A DNA stretch of 64,000 bases from Vampirovibrionaceae bacterium NZW_1234 (GTDB lineage Bacteria; Cyanobacteriota; Vampirovibrionia; Vampirovibrionales; JAGQHJ01), in contig JBGUGD010000015.1 in assembly GCA_041697335.1 (NCBI GenBank), positions 32,001 to 96,000 of the forward strand. The letters run 5' to 3'. Of this stretch, positions 59,055 through 64,000 are shown one piece after another. The notes beneath the pieces are model-generated. The model ran no database searches. It saw only the letters and a list, made by a program, of their open reading frames with translations, and was not told the origin of the DNA. The number at the start of each line of letters is the position of its first letter. The stretch's first letter is position 1. Position numbers and translations under genes: made by a program.

Positions 59055-59513
59055 GTGAGGGATTCTCAGACTCAATCCAGAAAGGCTAGTGCTGAACTTG
59101 CATGCGGGTTAGAGAAACCTAGCTTGGCGGTGTATGGGAATATCCCAACAAGCAAGACTTTACTGAATGAAAATGCTTTACCATTATTACGTCATGATGA
59201 TCCGGAGAAACGACGGCGGGTCTATTTGGAATTGCAAGGGTCGGATCCCCAAGCATTACTGGCTGAACTTGCCCAGGCAGGCTTTGATATGAACACCCTA
59301 TGCTCTCTAGAGGACCCATCCTTAAGCGTCAAAGCAACGCGTCCCGAACTACACTGCCTCATCATGGGGACGGCAAATGCTATTTTGACTTTACTGCAAT
59401 CGAGTGCACACCTGGTTCTGGCTCGTGTGGATTTGCCGGAGTATACGTGGCTTTCATCCTGTAAACCCGTTATTGCTGCACCAACACGCCAACCTCTTGG
59501 AGCAGCCTGGTAG
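59055..59513 (+). CDS. Hypothetical protein
   Basis: 152 aa; AAGGA RBS before GTG. Confidence 0.55.
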   Translation: MRDSQTQSRKASAELACGLEKPSLAVYGNIPTSKTLLNENALPLLRHDDPEKRRRVYLELQGSDPQALLAELAQAGFDMNTLCSLEDPSLSVKATRPELHCLIMGTANAILTLLQSSAHLVLARVDLPEYTWLSSCKPVIAAPTRQPLGAAW

Positions 59514-59635
59514 CCCGCTTGGCTACGTATTGCTAAGTTGACTAGCACAAAAGTATCAAAACTGTTTTTAATGCTTATAGGTCATATAGGCATTATTTTT
59601 GAGTAAACCAACGCACAGGTTGGGGGTAATTGGAC

Positions 59636-60070
59636 ATGGCATTCGGGGTGAACCCGTCTATCTTCTCGTCGACACAGTCGACAGCATCATCATCGTCAAG
59701 CGCATCGACACCAACAGATGCGTCCAATACAGACACGACACAGAAACAGGATGATCGCACCTGGTATGACGAGTCTTATCGACGCTCTCTTGCCGACCAA
59801 GTGAGCCGTAATGAAACGGCGAAAACACAAATGACCAACACCCTAAACCAAGTCAAAGCGAAAATTCAGGAAAACAAAAACGCTGTATTTAGCTTATTAA
59901 ACACCACTCTGAATCCAACTGATCTGAGGCGGCTATTAGAAGAACGCCAAGGTCTACGAAGCCAGGAATATGTGCTGGATGCCAACATCATGTCGGCTCT
60001 GCAAAACATTCAGGGAGCGCAACTTTCTGCGGCAAAATACCTGATGACGCCATTAGACACCGTTGCTTAA
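59636..60070 (+). CDS. Orphan protein with Ser/Thr-rich N-terminus and coiled coil
   Basis: ORF opens at 59630; helical C-terminal half. Confidence 0.7.
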   Translation: MAFGVNPSIFSSTQSTASSSSSASTPTDASNTDTTQKQDDRTWYDESYRRSLADQVSRNETAKTQMTNTLNQVKAKIQENKNAVFSLLNTTLNPTDLRRLLEERQGLRSQEYVLDANIMSALQNIQGAQLSAAKYLMTPLDTVA

Positions 60071-60235
60071 GACTTCTTAACACAATACCCGCAACACTTT
60101 TGGAAAGCCTTCTCAGCCGTGTTTCTTTTAAACACTGAATGAGAATACTAGTCAGGTGGCGGATGCCCATCAGCTATAGGCTTGGGCATAATAAGACTGT
60201 GATTCAACTCTTCTACTTCCACTCTTAGGACTTAC

Positions 60236-60260
60236 AAGGCCCTTCTTAAGGGCCTTTTTT
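60236..60260 (+). terminator. Intrinsic terminator
   Basis: AAGGCCCTT-CTT-AAGGGCCTTTTTT. Confidence 0.8.
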
Positions 60261-60547
60261 CTTTTGTCTTCTTGTTTTAGCCCTCATGCTTTTTATCAGG
60301 ACCTGCCCTTTTAAAAGAGAGAATAATCCGCCCTATTGTGGGGGTAGCCTAAGAGTCAGATGAAAAGCAGCGCTCTGGATGAATGATCCGGGTAAACCTT
60401 GGCTATCGTCTTACCAGAAGTTATGAAAAGTAACACTCGCCGAAGGCACATTCCTTTCCAAACTCGCTCTCTCTCCCAATCGTTCAATGTAGTCCTGGAT
60501 AATGCCTCCGTTGAGGGGTGGCGTTATAGCCATTCAGCAGCAAACGC

Positions 60548-60711
60548 TCGACAAAGGATCGACAAAAACGCGAGCTTATCCGTCATTTTGACGTCGGTTG
60601 CGCGTCGTTTTCGCGATGTCTTTAAATTGAAAAACCTTTAGTAGAAAGGTTTTTCAGGTTTTTCGCTTCAGAATCCCGAGGCGATCGACGCGGTTTGTCG
60701 TACTTTGTCGA
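60548..60711. other. Non-coding element bounded by ~25-bp imperfect inverted repeats and containing internal hairpins
   Basis: TCGACAAAGGATCGACAAAAACGCG ... CGCGGTTTGTCGTACTTTGTCGA. Confidence 0.5.
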
Positions 60712-61155
60712 TCTGGCCTAAATGTCCACAAGGCCTTAATACGTTTTTCGAGATGTTGAGTCTTGATTTCATAGAATGTCTGCTGGCGTGTACAACAAGC
60801 TTTTTATAGGTATTATTCCCACATTGATTAATTCTTAAACCTCTTATGTACTGAAAACTCCTTCCTAGCCCTATAATTTGCCATAATGATCCAGCTTTAA
60901 AGTTGTCCTCATCAACGATAGCGTCAGCAAGGCACTCGCTTTTTTGGAAAACAAACCCTTTCTTTTACTCTTCTGCCTTGAATCTGCCCAACACCCATGT
61001 ATCTAAAAGCCCTTATACACATTGTTTCGAGCATTATCTTTATACTTTCTTAAGGACTCTTAAAAAAAACCATCGAAAAATAATTCTGATTTTATTTATT
61101 GTTATTATAAAAATATCAAGTGTGAGGTTACTAATTAAACGTAGGTGGGTATGCT

Positions 61156-62010
61156 ATGGTTGCACAATTAAATCGTCAAACTAGTGAAGTACAAACGCTG
61201 CAAGCACGGAACCGTGAAATTGCATTCGTGGAATTACCGGCTGCAGAGCGTGAAATGGAAAATAATCCGCTTGCCATGATTATGGGCGGTAATGAAGTTG
61301 AATCCCTTGAAACCGAACTGGCTGGCAACATCAGTCGCCTGGCTGAAGAATTCGACGAAGATGATGCCTTTGGTACCGGTGAAGGCGGTGGCCTCGGCGG
61401 TGGCGCTAATGGTAGCGGCGGCCTGGGTGGTGGTTCTGCTGCAGGCGGCTTAGGCGGTGGCGCAACGTCTGCTGGTGGATTACAGCCCGGCAGTGCCGGC
61501 GGTATGGGAAGCAGTCAACCTGCACCAACAAAAGATCCCTTTGTAGTTGATACCACTGGTGACGGTCAAGTGACTCTGCTCGGCGACGAAGCTGGAAAAG
61601 TTAAAATTAACGATGGCTCCGGCGAAGTTGAAGTCAACAAATGGGAAGATGACATGTTGTTTGCCGATAAGAATAACGACGGTCAATTCCAAGCGGATGA
61701 AATTCAGAGCACGAAAGATCCGGAAGCTATCAAGAAGTCCGGTTATGACAAAAATAACGATGGCAAACTTGACGAAGACGAAGCTAAAGCCGGCAATCTG
61801 AAATTTGTATCCTTCGATAAGAGCGGCAAAGAGCAAGTTCGTGGCTTTGGCGAGGAAGGCCCCGGAGGTAAACCGGCCATTAAATCCTTTGGCTACGAAT
61901 TTAACAGTGGCGCTCAGAACGGTACGGCGGGCGTTATAGAAAAAGGTCGTGGTACGGCTGAATTCGCTAACGGCAAAAAAGCTCAAACCATTAACTTCGA
62001 CTTTGCATAA
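61156..62010 (+). CDS. Putative Ca2+-dependent self-processing (FrpC SPM-like) protein, paralogue 1
   Basis: D127-P128 then FVVDTTGDG, W.DDMLFADKNNDG, DKNNDGKLD EF-hand-like loops. Confidence 0.75.
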   Translation: MVAQLNRQTSEVQTLQARNREIAFVELPAAEREMENNPLAMIMGGNEVESLETELAGNISRLAEEFDEDDAFGTGEGGGLGGGANGSGGLGGGSAAGGLGGGATSAGGLQPGSAGGMGSSQPAPTKDPFVVDTTGDGQVTLLGDEAGKVKINDGSGEVEVNKWEDDMLFADKNNDGQFQADEIQSTKDPEAIKKSGYDKNNDGKLDEDEAKAGNLKFVSFDKSGKEQVRGFGEEGPGGKPAIKSFGYEFNSGAQNGTAGVIEKGRGTAEFANGKKAQTINFDFA

Positions 62011-62060
62011 TCAAAATAGGTCGATAAAAAACGTTATTTCTTTGAATTACCGTTAACCTG

Positions 62061-62094
62061 ACAGGTGGTCACTGCGTGACCACCTGTTTGTTTT
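62061..62094 (+). terminator. Intrinsic terminator after paralogue 1
   Basis: ACAGGTGGTCAC-TGC-GTGACCACCTGT-TTGTTTT. Confidence 0.8.
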
Positions 62095-62349
62095 AAAAAT
62101 TCAGTCAGCCTGGTGCGACAGACACTTTCGCGATATTTTTTTGAGCCAATTGTGAATCCTGTATCTGCTAAAAAGCCTTCTTACTATTAATAGCGCTGTC
62201 TTTGATCCGAATGTCAGCTTCGCCTATAACATATCCAACGGATTATTAAATCTAAAAAAAATCCGCCCATTTTAAATTGTTTTTAAAAACTAATGTTACT
62301 CTAAAAATAGATGTACTGGTAGGGCAATGTTGTAAAGGTTGGGTTAGTT

Positions 62350-63318
62350 ATGGTCGCAAATAATCTTGTGTCACTAAATCGTGGCGATAATGCCACACGT
62401 TTAAGACAACTCCAGGATCAGCAACGCGAGGTTGTTGATCAACTAAAATCGATTGATCAAAAACCACTTGGGTTTCTTGAGAAGCCTCGCTTGGAGCGCC
62501 AAAATCAAGAATTAACACAGCAAATAGAAGAACTGGGTGGCAAGCCTGTTGGCGCTGACGAAAAAGATAACGACTTGTTCAATGCCGGGGGCCTGCAAGC
62601 AGGCAATAATAACGGTGGCGGAGGACTTGCGCCAACCGGTAATTCTGCGGGCGGTTTAAATCCAGGAGGCGCAGGTGGAATGCAGCCGGCTGGTGCAGGT
62701 GGAATGCAACCAGGCACTGCCGTCCACACCAAGGTCAACCCTGATGGAACCACTGAAACCACCACAACGCCTGCTGGTCAGCCTGGCCCTTGGAAAGGTG
62801 ACCCCTTTGCCGTGGATTCCGATGGCGATGGCAAGTTCACCATGCTGGGCGATGACAAAGGCAAAGTCACGATTGACGATGGTACCGGCAATGGGCCCAT
62901 GGAAGTCAACAAATGGAAAGACGACATGTTGTTCCAGGATAAAAACGGCGACGGGAAGTTCCAGGCCGACGAAATTCAAAACACGAAAGATCCGGAGTCC
63001 ATTAAAAAGTCCGGATTCGATAAAAATAACGATGGCAAAATTGATCAGGAGGAAGCCAAGGCGGGCAACCTTAAGTTTGTTTCTTACGATGACAATGGAA
63101 AAGAACAAGTTCGAGGTTTTGGTGAGGAAGGCCCCGGCGGCAAACCCGGTATCAAATCCTTTGGCTACAATCTTGATAAAAAAGCACAACAAGGAACCCA
63201 GGGTATCGAAGAAAAAGGCAGAGCTACCGCAGAATTTACAAACGGTAAAACGGCTGATACCATTAACTTCGACTTTGTGGTCGACCCCTCGACCCAACGA
63301 AGAAGACAATCGGCATAA
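62350..63318 (+). CDS. Putative Ca2+-dependent self-processing (FrpC SPM-like) protein, paralogue 2
   Basis: D151-P152 then FAVDSDGDG, DKNGDG, DKNNDGKID; C-terminal half strongly similar to paralogue 1. Confidence 0.75.
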   Translation: MVANNLVSLNRGDNATRLRQLQDQQREVVDQLKSIDQKPLGFLEKPRLERQNQELTQQIEELGGKPVGADEKDNDLFNAGGLQAGNNNGGGGLAPTGNSAGGLNPGGAGGMQPAGAGGMQPGTAVHTKVNPDGTTETTTTPAGQPGPWKGDPFAVDSDGDGKFTMLGDDKGKVTIDDGTGNGPMEVNKWKDDMLFQDKNGDGKFQADEIQNTKDPESIKKSGFDKNNDGKIDQEEAKAGNLKFVSYDDNGKEQVRGFGEEGPGGKPGIKSFGYNLDKKAQQGTQGIEEKGRATAEFTNGKTADTINFDFVVDPSTQRRRQSA

Positions 63319-63348
63319 GTTTCCCCTCATATCCTTTCCACACCGATT

Positions 63349-63387
63349 GAGGCCTCTCCTGCTCCCAAGCATTGTAGGAGAGGCCTC
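63349..63387 (+). terminator. Strong hairpin after paralogue 2
   Basis: GAGGCCTCTCCTGC...GTAGGAGAGGCCTC; no U-tract. Confidence 0.55.
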
Positions 63388-63526
63388 TGCCAATAAGACG
63401 GAAATACAGGATATTTGCTTTTTTAGCCGATTATTAAAAAATCCCATCGGTTTTTGATTGTTTATTATTAAGTTTGATATTATTGATAGTAGGGTATAGG
63501 TAGTAACGCTTAGGTGGGTCTCGTAC

Positions 63527-64000
63527 ATGGTCACATTAGGAAACGCTGACGCGCTTGGCAATCGCGAACGCATTCGTGATTTACAAGTAGAAAACGACGG
63601 TCTTCAACAACAAATTACACAACAGGAAAACAACCCCTTGGGGCAGATCTTCCAAATGATTGGCCTTGGGGGTGATGGCGGGGATCTTGAACAACTTCAA
63701 GGCCAACTCCAAAATAACATGGATGAAATTGACGGACTCGGAGGCAACGGCCAATACTTTAGCGATGGTGGTAGCGGTGTCCAAGGTGGTGCCCAACCCA
63801 CCAATGCAGGTGGAGGAGGCGTGGCTCCCGGCCAAGGAGCTGGTGGTATGGCTCCTGGCCAAGGTGCCGGTGGTCTCCAAGGTGGTGGCAGCGGTGCTGG
63901 AGGCTTAGCCGTTCACACCAGAGTAAACCCAGATGGCACATCGGAAACCGTCACGACTCCAGCCGGTCAACCCGGCCCCTGGAAAGGCGATCCTTTTGCC
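63527..64000 (+). CDS. Paralogue 3 of the SPM-like array, 5' part (runs off the window)
   Basis: Hand translation MVTLGNADALGNRERIRDLQ...ENNPLG...AVHTRVNPDGTSETVTTPAGQPGPWKGDPFA; D155-P156; not in the ORF track. Confidence 0.85.
   Translation, partial: MVTLGNADALGNRERIRDLQVENDGLQQQITQQENNPLGQIFQMIGLGGDGGDLEQLQGQLQNNMDEIDGLGGNGQYFSDGGSGVQGGAQPTNAGGGGVAPGQGAGGMAPGQGAGGLQGGGSGAGGLAVHTRVNPDGTSETVTTPAGQPGPWKGDPFA

Noticed and set aside
62791..62810. MIIA/NopE1-type or vWD GDPH autocleavage domain
   Set aside because: Motif is (G/K)DPF followed by VDxxGDG, not GDPH; the downstream pattern fits the FrpC-type module better
62656..63573. Long antisense and alternate-frame ORFs (305 aa -, 260 aa +; likewise 48553-49458 and 12164-12991)
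   Set aside because: Shadows of real genes with biased codons; no recognisable motifs

Overview
Bacterial chromosomal window of roughly balanced GC with no phage, IS or CRISPR features. A close homologue of cyanobacterial RpaA, no photosynthesis genes in the window and the style of the orphan genes suggest a non-photosynthetic cyanobacterial relative (Vampirovibrionia/Melainabacteria); this is inference. Most genes are housekeeping: minCDE, aroKB, thpR, fabI, guaD, feoAB, rpoZ, anmK, rpsL-rpsG, slyD, htrA, mlaEF, glpX, tRNA-fMet, pheST, pyrF, uvrA. Lineage-specific orphans are interspersed and form the most interesting signal. (1) At the right end is a tandem array of at least three separately terminated paralogues, each with a helical N-terminal part, a Gly-rich linker and a DPF(V/A) motif; the two complete copies continue into a C-terminal domain resembling the Ca2+-dependent Asp-Pro self-processing (clip-and-link) module of Neisseria FrpC. 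(2) The 12-mer GATTGTTTTTAT sits about 55-90 nt upstream of three Gly/Met/Gln-rich orphan genes, with variants upstream of the array genes, suggesting a regulon. (3) A second group of orphans shares a non-Sec N-terminal leader ending in RF(S/Q/E)(S/G); one member has a CNF1/CheD-like Cys-His pair. Together these may be an undescribed secreted attachment/effector system. Several structured non-coding elements are also flagged. All family assignments come from motif recognition by eye, not from database searches.
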